Shown here piece after piece: positions 35,154-44,018 of a stretch of DNA of 63,259 nt (the stretch's first letter is position 1; each line of letters opens with the position of its first letter). The notes below the pieces were generated by a model. It was not told the DNA's origin and made no database searches. It saw nothing but the letters and a program-made list of their open reading frames with translations. Source of the DNA: a virus (lineage: Duplodnaviria; Caudoviricetes); the IMG/VR virus record IMGVR_UViG_3300042112_000104, positions 1 to 63,259 of that record; one strand, written 5' to 3'. The position numbers and the translations under genes were made by a program.

Positions 35154-36025
35154 TTGATTGTTGTCAGGTGCATACCATAATTGTTTACGGCGCCGGTGCG
35201 AACAAATTGTGCGTAGTGCGGGACGCGATTGAGTTTGTTGCGTTTGAATCTTTTGTAATCGACGTAGTGGTGGAGTCGATTGAAGCGCCAAGTGATTTCG
35301 GAGACATCAGGGTGCATGGCCTTGAGCATTTCGGATTTTGGGCCTGTGCCTTCATGGGCATAGAATGCGTCTGTGTTGCCGCCTTTGAGGGTTTGGGTGG
35401 TGGCCTTTTCTTGCAGGAAGGCGTTGAACTGGCAAGTGACGTAGCCGTCCTTGAGGGCGCGGAGGGAAAGGTCGGTGTCCTCGTTGTAGCGTCCTCGCCA
35501 GCGATATGGCAGGGCGTTGTGGATGAGGAGGCAGGAGTATATGCGTGTATTTAGGACGAATGCGGGGAGTGGTTCCTTGGCCTTGGCGAAGAAATCGTAG
35601 TTGAAGCCAGCGATAGCGATGTTGGTGTAGCGGTCTACGAAGTCCTCAGCGGCGGCGAAGATAGCTCCATCGGTGACTTTGACCATGAGGTTACGGTTGA
35701 GGCGATTAAACGAGGCGATGTTATCGTCCATGACCCAATGGCGTTGGTAGCCGTGGAGGGCGGCGGAGTCCCATGCGAAGTTCCGTGCTGGCCCCGGGCC
35801 GAGCGGTTTGGAGCGGCCATGCTCATCGCACGTCTCATACTGCTCATGGTATTGCGGCGGCAGCGTCAGGATCTTGGCGGGATCTATTACGCTGGCATAA
35901 AGGTCATACTCATCCTTTTCCACGATGATGTGGTATGGGACGTTCAGGGCTTCCAGTGCTTTGCTGGTCAGGCGCGAGTCAGCGCGGCCTTTTGACACAA
36001 TGTAGATCGGATAGCGCGGGTTCAT
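35150..36025 (-). CDS. GT-A glycosyltransferase of the phage TET-associated/GREB1-like type (candidate DNA-base modifier)
   Basis: YPIYIVSKGR, ARNFAWD, HWVMDDN, YSCLLI, NEDTDL, KGGNT motifs. Confidence 0.7.
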   Translation of the reverse strand: MNPRYPIYIVSKGRADSRLTSKALEALNVPYHIIVEKDEYDLYASVIDPAKILTLPPQYHEQYETCDEHGRSKPLGPGPARNFAWDSAALHGYQRHWVMDDNIASFNRLNRNLMVKVTDGAIFAAAEDFVDRYTNIAIAGFNYDFFAKAKEPLPAFVLNTRIYSCLLIHNALPYRWRGRYNEDTDLSLRALKDGYVTCQFNAFLQEKATTQTLKGGNTDAFYAHEGTGPKSEMLKAMHPDVSEITWRFNRLHHYVDYKRFKRNKLNRVPHYAQFVRTGAVNNYGMHLTTIK

Positions 36026-36300
36026 TGCGCTGCCTCAGGAGATTCCTGAGTGTAGCGCAAGTGAGATGCACGGCGATGATCCATCGCAGGGAACCAGAGT
36101 GCGCGTTGTTTGGGGGTGATGGTTTGGCCCATGCGGCGAGCGAATTCTTTCACGTCTTCCTCATTGCGGAAGCGCACGTTTATCACGCGATATGGGCGGA
36201 GATCCTCCATGACGAATTCAGGCATATCCTGCCATTCTTCCTGCCACAGGGACGGGACATCAAGGAGTGTCGGGTTCTGTTCTGGGCTGAGCTTCTTCAT
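36022..36300 (-). CDS. Small protein coupled to the glycosyltransferase
   Basis: EWQDMPEF...VRFRNEEDVKEF...WFP; ATGA overlap with GT gene. Confidence 0.65.
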   Translation of the reverse strand: MKKLSPEQNPTLLDVPSLWQEEWQDMPEFVMEDLRPYRVINVRFRNEEDVKEFARRMGQTITPKQRALWFPAMDHRRASHLRYTQESPEAAQ

Positions 36301-36436
36301 CGATGATCAGGGGCTTGGGTTCTTTGCAGAATTCATCGAAGGCAAGATCGGCGGCGAGGTCGCACGGGTTGCAATCGCCGTAGAGTTTGCCGTGAATGCA
36401 GAATTCTGACGTTGGGATGGGTTCTTTATCGTCCAT
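36260..36436 (-). CDS. Small hypothetical (58 aa, not in ORF track)
   Basis: MDDKEPIPTSEFCIHG...CNPCDLAAD, translated by hand. Confidence 0.4.
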   Translation of the reverse strand: MDDKEPIPTSEFCIHGKLYGDCNPCDLAADLAFDEFCKEPKPLIIDEEAQPRTEPDTP

Positions 36437-36525
36437 TATAGTTCGATTGAGTTGGTATAAGCAGCAGCGCTTACGCAGTCACTTGCTGTTTCGGCGCTGC
36501 TGCTCCATACATACCAAATTACGTC

Positions 36526-37059
36526 CTAGAACGGAATGTCATCGTCAGCCAATTCCTCTTCATCCTTGGACGCTGCCTTAGATGACATGGCCTTGGCTTT
36601 CGCGGCATCAGCTTTCGACGGTGCTTTAGCAGGCGCTGCGGTGGTTTGATACTGACCGTCTTCTTCCTTCATGCGGGACAGGATGCGGTCTGCAACCTCC
36701 TGCTTGGCTTTGTCGGTCAGCCGATTGAGCCACTTGGCTTTGATGCGCTGCTCGCCGTTCCATTCTTCAGCTTCAGTCACGATGATGACTTCAATCCCTG
36801 CGAACGAGTCGAGGTCATCCCAATCGCCGTCCCAATCGAAAGCCTTGATGAGGGCTTCAACGGTGCGGGGCTTGGCTTTCTCGCTGAGGTAACCGCGCCA
36901 GACGATTTCTTTGCGATGCTGGTCGCCTTCTTCCGTAACGATGCACGGGATGCGAATGTATGGCGTCCCTGATGGCGTTTCATCAAGCCATCCATTGGGT
37001 GGGCGTTTGACGGTGCAGAGGAACTTACCCTCTTGATCGATGTATTTATTATTGCTCAT
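36526..37059 (-). CDS. Single-stranded DNA-binding protein (DUF669-like)
   Basis: OB-like core and canonical acidic SSB tail DDDIPF. Confidence 0.75.
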   Translation of the reverse strand: MSNNKYIDQEGKFLCTVKRPPNGWLDETPSGTPYIRIPCIVTEEGDQHRKEIVWRGYLSEKAKPRTVEALIKAFDWDGDWDDLDSFAGIEVIIVTEAEEWNGEQRIKAKWLNRLTDKAKQEVADRILSRMKEEDGQYQTTAAPAKAPSKADAAKAKAMSSKAASKDEEELADDDIPF

Positions 37060-37067
37060 ATCGTGCT

Positions 37068-37349
37068 TTATTCTTCAAACGGGTTGCTGTCTTGAGCCAC
37101 TGCAGCGGGTGTTGGTGCTGCGGCGGCGGGTTTCGGTGCGTAGGTCACGCCAGAGACGTGGCCGGGGGGCCAATCCTGAGTGTTGAGCAGCACTGCAATC
37201 TTCTGCAATTCGCTGCTGATGTATTTATACCAAGCATGGCACTGTTCGTGTTCCATCTTGAGTTCGCCCTTGAATTCCTCAGGCTGAGTCCTGCGCTTGG
37301 CAGTCTTCACCATGAAGATCAATTTGCTGGGTTTGGGTTGTTTGGGCAT
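37068..37349 (-). CDS. Hypothetical protein with acidic NPFEE tail
   Basis: ORF tiles the operon. Confidence 0.55.
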   Translation of the reverse strand: MPKQPKPSKLIFMVKTAKRRTQPEEFKGELKMEHEQCHAWYKYISSELQKIAVLLNTQDWPPGHVSGVTYAPKPAAAAPTPAAVAQDSNPFEE

Positions 37350-37350
37350 A

Positions 37351-37509
37351 TTATTTGGATTTCTTGGGTGCGAAGACGAGTTTGCGCTCAGAGAACTTTC
37401 CAGTTTTGTTCTTCATTGCTTTGAACGTCTTGGCGTCCACCGTTGACTTGGATTTCGGGCGAGATGTTCCCGCTTTCTTCCGCTTGTTGATGTTTTCGTA
37501 TAGGCTCAT
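37351..37509 (-). CDS. Small basic protein
   Basis: MSLYENINKRKKAGTSRPKSKST, overlapping the tail of the upstream ORF in another frame. Confidence 0.6.
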   Translation of the reverse strand: MSLYENINKRKKAGTSRPKSKSTVDAKTFKAMKNKTGKFSERKLVFAPKKSK

Positions 37510-38152
37510 GCTTGGGTTTTTTATTGGAGAAGTTCTCCAGTAGCGCGAAGGGCGAGCGACCATAAGCAGCCAAATAGTCATCGGTATCGATGACGAGGCC
37601 CAGCTTATCTGCCGTGTCTTCACTCCACACTACCTTGGCGAACTTCAGGTTATGGATTGTGATCAGGTGATCATGCTTGCCGCCACAGGACGCCTGCAGG
37701 ACAAGGTTCTTTGGGATCTGCCCTAGCCGATTGACCCAAAAGGGTAGCGACTTGGTAAATGCCCAAAAGTGTATGTCTGGATTCTCCATGACGAAGAGGA
37801 GCCAGCCATCGAAATATGTCTGAGAGAAGAAGTCTCCTGCAGTGTGAATGCGGCAGCGCTTCATCTTCTTGGGCTTGGCGCGAGACAGGATTGAACAGAC
37901 CTGATGCGGAGTCTTGCCTTTGACCGCTTCAAAGTTTGTCCAGAGGCGCTCACGCACTGAGGGATAGCGCTCAGTCACGGCGGAGTAGCAGCGGAATTCC
38001 TGCTTGGGGCCGTTCCATACTTTGCCCGTGCGACGATCAGCGATGGCAAGACACTTCTCAGCGCCGGGGCAAGTTGTGCCGCTAGGCAGCGACCATGAAT
38101 AAGCGTCAGGATCGAATACGTAGCGATTTACTTTGGTGAATGCAGGGATCAT
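37388..38152 (-). CDS. GP88-family (radical-SAM-like) protein
   Basis: SWSLP...TCPGA..C...CY, RIHTAGDF, FWAFTKS motifs. Confidence 0.7.
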   Translation of the reverse strand: MIPAFTKVNRYVFDPDAYSWSLPSGTTCPGAEKCLAIADRRTGKVWNGPKQEFRCYSAVTERYPSVRERLWTNFEAVKGKTPHQVCSILSRAKPKKMKRCRIHTAGDFFSQTYFDGWLLFVMENPDIHFWAFTKSLPFWVNRLGQIPKNLVLQASCGGKHDHLITIHNLKFAKVVWSEDTADKLGLVIDTDDYLAAYGRSPFALLENFSNKKPKHEPIRKHQQAEESGNISPEIQVNGGRQDVQSNEEQNWKVL

Positions 38153-38343
38153 CGGCCAATGCTAAACGTCATGCTGGTGTTATACGTGGGCATAACGGGG
38201 AGATTGTTTTGCAAGTTTTGCTGATGGAACACAAACTTTGTTATATGTGCGAAGTGAAAGTAGTCCATGACAACCCACTGGCTTCCCATAAGGCAGCGTA
38301 TTTCGCGGTCATCGTAGGCATCATCGATCACGTCAGAAGTCAT
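38149..38343 (-). CDS. Hypothetical protein
   Basis: Coupled overlaps at both ends. Confidence 0.45.
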   Translation of the reverse strand: MTSDVIDDAYDDREIRCLMGSQWVVMDYFHFAHITKFVFHQQNLQNNLPVMPTYNTSMTFSIGR

Positions 38344-38911
38344 ATCGGTAGTTTTGGCGCTCGTCTACAGAATAAATCGTCTCCTGCAGCATGAGTTTTG
38401 GGATCGGTTGAGCGTCAATGATGTAGGACGAATCTTCAAATATAACGCGATTATTGGGCTGTATTATCATGCGCCCGTTGTCCAATCGGCACCATATGAA
38501 CGTCTTGTCCTGCTCAGGAGCATCGCTCCAGCCATCGTTCATATGCGTTGTGCTGAACATATACTCGCCAGTATAGATGCCTGACTTGGTCTTGGCCTTG
38601 ATCTTCATGCCAGACAGGACGGGATCCTCTAGCGTGACAAAGTCATAGCTGTAGCAATTCCAAGCCTGAGCATCATCGATGTTCCAAGCGAAGGCTGGCT
38701 CGCGCTGGAAGGCAATCGCGTTTGGCGGGATGTTGCGATACATCATGCCGCCGAGACGGAAGATGACGTTGATGCCCCAAGCGCGGCCCGGTATAGCCGT
38801 GATGCCTACCCACATTGCCTCTTGCCATCCGATTGTTTTCTCATGCGTGAAGTTGGTGTCCACGATGATGTATCGGTGCGATGGGATGGATCCTATTTTG
38901 CAATAACGCAT
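38333..38911 (-). CDS. Phage hypothetical protein
   Basis: 192 aa ORF; LDNGR...QPNNRV motif. Confidence 0.6.
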   Translation of the reverse strand: MRYCKIGSIPSHRYIIVDTNFTHEKTIGWQEAMWVGITAIPGRAWGINVIFRLGGMMYRNIPPNAIAFQREPAFAWNIDDAQAWNCYSYDFVTLEDPVLSGMKIKAKTKSGIYTGEYMFSTTHMNDGWSDAPEQDKTFIWCRLDNGRMIIQPNNRVIFEDSSYIIDAQPIPKLMLQETIYSVDERQNYRYDF

Positions 38912-39234
38912 TGTTTTGGCTTCTTATAATTCAGCGCGTCCTGCAGCAGTCTGCAGATAAGCCTGATCGTGTTGTTGTTGGGTTCATCACCAGCGATGCT
39001 TTGGGCCTCGACTAGCGCCTGCGTGACGAGTTCTTCCGTCCTGTGCTTGCTGCGAGACAGAATCTTGAGCAGACCATCGGCAGCGTCAGCCTCGCGCCAA
39101 TCAAGCGCACAGCAGACGATCTCATGCCACTCGCCGTCTACGAGCACAGACCATGACGTGCGCCTGCAATCTTCTTCACTGTCATCTTGGGATTTCAGGG
39201 GGAAACCGTAGTAGCTTCCATCGTAGTTGTTCAT
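38893..39234 (-). CDS. Hypothetical protein
   Basis: ORF tiles the operon. Confidence 0.5.
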   Translation of the reverse strand: MNNYDGSYYGFPLKSQDDSEEDCRRTSWSVLVDGEWHEIVCCALDWREADAADGLLKILSRSKHRTEELVTQALVEAQSIAGDEPNNNTIRLICRLLQDALNYKKPKQCVIAK

Positions 39235-39236
39235 AT

Positions 39237-39947
39237 TTATTTATAATGGATTGTTGTAGAGAACTGGTGGAGGCGACGAAGAATCGGTTCTCCGCGATCC
39301 TCCGAAAGCATTTGCCTAAATGACTTGCCGTCCGAGTTGCTAGTCGCAATCGTCGGCTTCTTGTGGGACGTTCTGTATTCCAGAATGTCAAATAGCTCTA
39401 ACTCAGCGCGTTCTGTGAACTTCTGTTTGCCCAGATCATCAAGCAACAGAATGCTGCAGGACTTGCATTCCTTCATCACATATTCGGCTATATTGCGCTC
39501 TTCAGCGCGGGAGTGCCATTGATCGGCGGCAAATTTCGCAAGCTGAGTTGCTGTCACGCCATAGCAGCGCCTGCCTGCGAGCATCTCGCGTTTGATCAGC
39601 ATCCATGCAGCGCGTGACTTTCCTTTGCCTGCAGGGCCGACAAGGATCAATCCCTGAGGGCCAAACTGCCAGCTATCGACGGCTTGCACATATGGAGCGT
39701 AGATGCGAGCAGGATCGGTGTCCTGATACAGCGGAGGACACATCGAAGTGAACGCCATAAGGCGACTTGCAGCTTCATCTTTCTCCTGCTGCTCCTCGTA
39801 GCGCTTCTGCTCTTTCTCCGCGCATTCGTCGCACAGATTGTTGAAGCGGAGCTTGCGACCACCGATCACATAAACCTCGCTTTCAAACGGCTGGAAGCAT
39901 TCGCTGCAAGCCAGCGTTTCAGTTTCCTTGCTCTTGTCACCAATCAT
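39237..39947 (-). CDS. DnaC/IstB-like AAA+ helicase loader
   Basis: N-terminal CxxC...CxxC, Walker A GPAGKGKS, Walker B LLLDDLG, TIATSN; follows initiator. Confidence 0.85.
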   Translation of the reverse strand: MIGDKSKETETLACSECFQPFESEVYVIGGRKLRFNNLCDECAEKEQKRYEEQQEKDEAASRLMAFTSMCPPLYQDTDPARIYAPYVQAVDSWQFGPQGLILVGPAGKGKSRAAWMLIKREMLAGRRCYGVTATQLAKFAADQWHSRAEERNIAEYVMKECKSCSILLLDDLGKQKFTERAELELFDILEYRTSHKKPTIATSNSDGKSFRQMLSEDRGEPILRRLHQFSTTIHYK

Positions 39948-40656
39948 ATTCGGAATCCTTAGAGGGTTTGTCTTTCTTGGGGGATGCCTTGCCGTAGGCA
40001 GGCTGCATTGGACTACCATCCGCCGCCCACTTTGTCTTCACCCGATTAAGCACAGATTGCCATTTATGGATCGGACGGTGGTTCCAATCGATCCAGCCAG
40101 AGCCTTCCATTTCATCGAACCAATCCCGTGCCTTCCACTCAGCGAGGCCAATACGCTCAGCATAAGCCAGAACGTCTTCCAGCGTAGGCCACTCCCGTCC
40201 TCTCTCTACTGCTAATATTGAAGATGAAGATGAAGAGTTGCCTTTGGGTTCCAAGCTAGATGCCAAGGGTGGTTCGCCTTTGGTTGCCGTTTGCTTGGCT
40301 TTCTTGCGAGCTTTAGCGCTGGCGAGGCCACCTTGGCGGCTCTTTTCCATGAATATTTCCCGCTCGCGCTTTAACGCATCTAATTTGTCATGCACCAGAA
40401 CATCACCCAACATCGAACCAGAATCCAAGGGTGGTTGAAACATGGTTGCAACCGATTGGGCAAGGGTGGTTGAAGCCCCCTTGCCGATCAAACGGGCCAA
40501 TTTATCAGGATCCCGTGGAATGCTGCCGTGCTGCCAGCAGTAGGAAAGCAGCCTGATATAGGCTCCCTCCTCCTCCAGCGTCATCAGGCTCACGCGCTGC
40601 GACCCCAGCCAATCGGAGGGATAGAACATGAATGCGGGGGCTTTATTCTTGGACAT
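39937..40656 (-). CDS. Replication initiator, DUF1376/YdaU family
   Basis: PAFMFYPSDWL...MTLEEEGAYIRLL..CW...GSIP; Ser-rich linker; adjacent loader. Confidence 0.8.
   Translation of the reverse strand: MSKNKAPAFMFYPSDWLGSQRVSLMTLEEEGAYIRLLSYCWQHGSIPRDPDKLARLIGKGASTTLAQSVATMFQPPLDSGSMLGDVLVHDKLDALKREREIFMEKSRQGGLASAKARKKAKQTATKGEPPLASSLEPKGNSSSSSSILAVERGREWPTLEDVLAYAERIGLAEWKARDWFDEMEGSGWIDWNHRPIHKWQSVLNRVKTKWAADGSPMQPAYGKASPKKDKPSKDSEYDW
40264..40474. repeat. Iteron-like repeats CAAGGGTGGTT (putative origin)
   Basis: Copies at 40264-40274, 40426-40439 and 40461-40474 inside the initiator gene. Confidence 0.55.
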
Positions 40657-40966
40657 GGCGCTGGCCCTTGTAGACGGCGATTACGGCTGCATGGGAGCGT
40701 TTCCTGCGGGAGTTGGTGAAGCCAACGCGCACGATGATGCCCTGTTTGACGGCGGCGAGGATTCTCGCGCCCATTGCGTTGTGGTGGTGCGGAGGGTCGC
40801 CAGTGAAGTCTCTCACGTCCTCAGCAGTGAATTCTGACCCGCTGGATGCCATCGAAGCGATGACTCCATCAGCGGCCAGAACCCATTCGTTCGGAGTGTT
40901 GTCAGTGACCCGTGCAGCGCCTTCATCGCGAAGTCGCCGCCCTTCTGAATTGTCGTGTTTATTCAT
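40643..40966 (-). CDS. Hypothetical (winged-helix-like) protein
   Basis: FTAEDVR...PPHHHNAMGA; AATAAATAC upstream of ATG. Confidence 0.6.
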   Translation of the reverse strand: MNKHDNSEGRRLRDEGAARVTDNTPNEWVLAADGVIASMASSGSEFTAEDVRDFTGDPPHHHNAMGARILAAVKQGIIVRVGFTNSRRKRSHAAVIAVYKGQRHVQE

Positions 40967-40970
40967 GTAT

Positions 40971-41987
40971 TTATTTCAGGGTTTTGATCTTGGTTTCGGT
41001 CATGCGGACGGTGCCCTGCTTGAACTTGGCGTCCAAGCTGGATGGTGTATATCCACGTTTATCCGCCCACTGGCGGAATGTTTTGCCATCAATCTCGCCG
41101 CCAAACAAGTCAATAATGTCGTTTATTGACGCGCCCGTTGTCTCCGCCGCCTCAGCAATCGCCTCAGCAGTGAAGTATTCGCTGCCTTTGGTGGTGCTGA
41201 TCTTCCAGCCAGCGACATCGATGCCTTGCGACATCAGGTCTTTGGCTTTGTCTTTGGCGAAGTCCCACAATTCCTTTTTGAAGATGTTCGCCATCTTCAG
41301 GAATTGCCCCAAGCGCTCAGGACTGCTGGCGACTTGCTCGCGTAGTTGATCAAGACTCGTCTCGACGCTCTCGACAACGGCGAGAGAATCTGACGCAGGC
41401 TTCACAATTGCAGGACAGGTATTCCGCAACGCGCACCATCCGCAATAGTCGCATGGTGTTGGCCGCTTATTCGGATCATTATAAGCCGATATGACGGCAC
41501 CCACGATGGCCTTGGCTTCATCGTGCGTGAAGTCATGGACGATTTGCGTCTGCGAATCGCAGAACAGCAGTATGCACGTCCAGTTGTCCACGAAGTATGC
41601 CTCCATGTTGCCCAGCGCATACGCTGCCATTTGCTCCATGTAGTTCCTGATCTGGCCCGTCTTGAGATCCAAAGACATTTTGATCTTTGGAATGCGAGCG
41701 TCCTCAGTGCCTACGTGATCGATGCCACTCGTCTTAACCTTGAGTTGTTCTTCATCAACTATGACATCAGCGTTGACGCAGTAGGCCAGCGTTGTTTCGA
41801 TGGCCCACTGCACGGCTTTCTTGTCGGCATCCGCGAGGCCATCAAGCAACGCTATATTGCCTGATATGGCCGCACGGAATGCCTCATCCATCTTTGTCCC
41901 GCGCTGTGCCGCTGGAGACGAACCTCCAGACGGCTGATAACAAGCGCAGGCAGCGAGCTTTGGAAGCGCTGAGTGTCGCAGGCTCAC
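40971..41987 (-). CDS. PD-(D/E)xK (Cas4/RecE-like) exonuclease
   Basis: RGT, GTED, DLKTG, QMAAYA and C-terminal CDYCGWC...C cluster. Confidence 0.75.
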   Translation of the reverse strand: MSLRHSALPKLAACACYQPSGGSSPAAQRGTKMDEAFRAAISGNIALLDGLADADKKAVQWAIETTLAYCVNADVIVDEEQLKVKTSGIDHVGTEDARIPKIKMSLDLKTGQIRNYMEQMAAYALGNMEAYFVDNWTCILLFCDSQTQIVHDFTHDEAKAIVGAVISAYNDPNKRPTPCDYCGWCALRNTCPAIVKPASDSLAVVESVETSLDQLREQVASSPERLGQFLKMANIFKKELWDFAKDKAKDLMSQGIDVAGWKISTTKGSEYFTAEAIAEAAETTGASINDIIDLFGGEIDGKTFRQWADKRGYTPSSLDAKFKQGTVRMTETKIKTLK

Positions 41988-42784
41988 GATTTGGTGATGG
42001 CGATGATGAACTTGTCAGGGTGAGCCAGAATGCGCTCGCGGTAGGAGCCTTCTGGAACGTCTTTCCACGTCATGCCATCGGAGATGATTCCTTTGGAGAC
42101 GAGGAATGCCGTGGCCTTGTCGCCGTGCTCATCGATCTGCTTCTCGACGGACGCATACCACGGCGAGTCCTCGACAATCTCCGCCTCGACAACCTCAGCC
42201 TCAACCTCGACGGGAGTGGATGTCACCTTGATCTCGACGGGCTTGGCTTTCGGCTCTGGCGCTGGCTCTTGGCGGCTGGCGGCTGCAGCGGCAGGAGCGG
42301 CGAAGTCTCCTACCTCCTCAGGGGTATACAAGCCCTGCAGGACGGCGGGGAACACAGCGCGGACTCCCTCGCTGAGAACACGGGCGCGGAGCATCTGGCG
42401 CGGGTATTTGTTCCAGTTGTCTTTGCCAGCTATGCCAGCGGCCTTGGCGCGTTTCATATCCCAATCGACGCGCAGAGATCCGCCCTGCGGGTGCGAGAAG
42501 GTCGCGCTGACTTTCTCGTCGGTGTGCTCATGCCACTCGACCTTGCCGCCTGCCTGCTGGAAGCGAGCCAGCATGGCATCGGCGCGGAGGGATGCCTTGC
42601 CTTGGATGATGTGATATTCGGCGGCAACGCTGCCGGGGTGCTTGCCTTCCGCCGCTGCTACGATCATCAGGGCCAGCGCTTGATCGACGGTCTTAACGCC
42701 AAACAGGCTGCTCTTGACGATTGCTGATGCCATCCGCTCCATGTCAGAGATCGACGGCTGTTGGGTGACTAGTTCTTTGCTCAT
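41984..42784 (-). CDS. RecT-like single-strand annealing recombinase
   Basis: YHIIQGKA...NWNKYPRQMLRAR...GLYTPEE; paired with exonuclease. Confidence 0.75.
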   Translation of the reverse strand: MSKELVTQQPSISDMERMASAIVKSSLFGVKTVDQALALMIVAAAEGKHPGSVAAEYHIIQGKASLRADAMLARFQQAGGKVEWHEHTDEKVSATFSHPQGGSLRVDWDMKRAKAAGIAGKDNWNKYPRQMLRARVLSEGVRAVFPAVLQGLYTPEEVGDFAAPAAAAASRQEPAPEPKAKPVEIKVTSTPVEVEAEVVEAEIVEDSPWYASVEKQIDEHGDKATAFLVSKGIISDGMTWKDVPEGSYRERILAHPDKFIIAITKS

Positions 42785-42788
42785 GTAT

Positions 42789-43109
42789 TTATTTGGTTTC
42801 GGTGTTGGTGTTGGAAAATGCTGGACTGAGTTTAGGCGCGACTGCCTTGAGGGTCTTGCGGCCCTTGGGGTAATACTCGCACGGATACTGCATCATCCAG
42901 CGGCTGGTTTTGTCATACTGAATAATGCGGTTCGCGATTGCGAAGCGCGTTATATCAGCGGTATTGCGAAGGGCGAATGTCTTCATCAGGCGCTGACGAT
43001 GTTTCTCAATCGTCTTCATGCTGATGTCGAGGTCATCCGCCATTTCCTTGTTGGTGCGGCCAAGCGCAATCGCTGCTGCGACTTGGCGCATCCTGTTGGT
43101 CATGGTCAT
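42789..43109 (-). CDS. LuxR/NarL-type HTH transcription regulator (no receiver domain)
   Basis: MTNR...GRTNKEMADDLDISMKTIEKHRQRLM. Confidence 0.85.
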   Translation of the reverse strand: MTMTNRMRQVAAAIALGRTNKEMADDLDISMKTIEKHRQRLMKTFALRNTADITRFAIANRIIQYDKTSRWMMQYPCEYYPKGRKTLKAVAPKLSPAFSNTNTETK

Positions 43110-43240
43110 TGATGTATTAATGGTGCGAGGGGCAGAACCGTCAGCCGTCCTGCCCCTCGCTGTTCTATGTTGGTTTTTGCGTAGTGGTGCTGACGAGAGT
43201 CATGGTGCTAGATGGCGCGGAGGCTCTTGCCCTTGCACGT

Positions 43241-43495
43241 CTAAGCCTTGACCATAGTGGCGAGCACTTCACGGCAGCGCTCCTCAAACTGGTCGAGGAA
43301 TTCTTTGCGGCAGCGGCCCTTGATCCACCACTTGCCGCACTCGTCAGCCAGCTTGAGAGCGAGCTTCTTGGAGTATGCGCGGTTGGTGACGCCACTGCTT
43401 TTCGATGCGCGGGTTTTCTTCCCGCCCGTTTTGACAGCAGGCTTGCTGCTGGTGACTATGCTGCGATGAATCGCTGCTGAATCTCCGAATGTCAT
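43241..43495 (-). CDS. Basic early protein (internal in-frame start of the 43241-44008 ORF)
   Basis: Own promoter (43547-43575) and CATACATAC leader motif before ATG 43495. Confidence 0.55.
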   Translation of the reverse strand: MTFGDSAAIHRSIVTSSKPAVKTGGKKTRASKSSGVTNRAYSKKLALKLADECGKWWIKGRCRKEFLDQFEERCREVLATMVKA

Positions 43496-43972
43496 AGTAG
43501 GTATGTATGTATGGTTGATGTTGATGCTCTTTGATTGAGCATGGGTAATATAGCCCACCCCCATTTTGCGGTCAAGATTTATTTTTTGGGGGGTGGGGGG
43601 ATCTACCCGCCAAGCCCTGCGGACATGGGATCCCAGACGGGGGCGGACGCAGTCATGGATTACCCCATCGCGAACGGCCAAGGCATGGCCCCGTATGGTC
43701 ACGTAAAAGGCTCCATGAGGGTGGTTCTGGACGAACTTGCCTAGGGTGCCGCTGCGGCAGACTTGGACGAAGCTGTAGCCCACTTCACGGGCCACCTGTT
43801 GGGCCACCCTGCGGAACGGGACGCCCTTGCGGTCTTTCCTGCCCACTGCCTTCATGGCGGCATGGCAGCGGCTGTAGGGCAGACCCGTGACGGCGGCTAG
43901 GGCGATGACGGTGCAGTCTCGCCGCTCGCTGACGCCCTCCCTGAGGCTTGCCGTGTTGTTGTAGGTGTCCAT
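43241..43972 (-). CDS. Early protein with DC...HA...D (papain/C39-like) motif, reading through into the downstream gene
   Basis: RRDCTVIALA...GHALAVRDGVIHD; no stop before 43241. Confidence 0.55.
   Translation of the reverse strand: MDTYNNTASLREGVSERRDCTVIALAAVTGLPYSRCHAAMKAVGRKDRKGVPFRRVAQQVAREVGYSFVQVCRSGTLGKFVQNHPHGAFYVTIRGHALAVRDGVIHDCVRPRLGSHVRRAWRVDPPTPQKINLDRKMGVGYITHAQSKSININHTYIPTMTFGDSAAIHRSIVTSSKPAVKTGGKKTRASKSSGVTNRAYSKKLALKLADECGKWWIKGRCRKEFLDQFEERCREVLATMVKA
43547..43575 (-). promoter_or_regulatory. Early promoter P4
   Basis: TTGACC-17 bp-TATATT with upstream A-tract. Confidence 0.75.
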
Positions 43973-44018
43973 CTGAGGATCCCCATGCGGGGGCTTGCGC
44001 CCCCGCACAGGGTGCTGG

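Noticed and set aside
40971-41987. Cas4-like nuclease as evidence of a CRISPR system
   Set aside because: No repeat-spacer array or other cas genes seen; pairing with RecT-like gene indicates recombination
41792-42727. 311-aa + strand ORF
   Set aside because: Antisense to the RecT-like gene; no recognisable features
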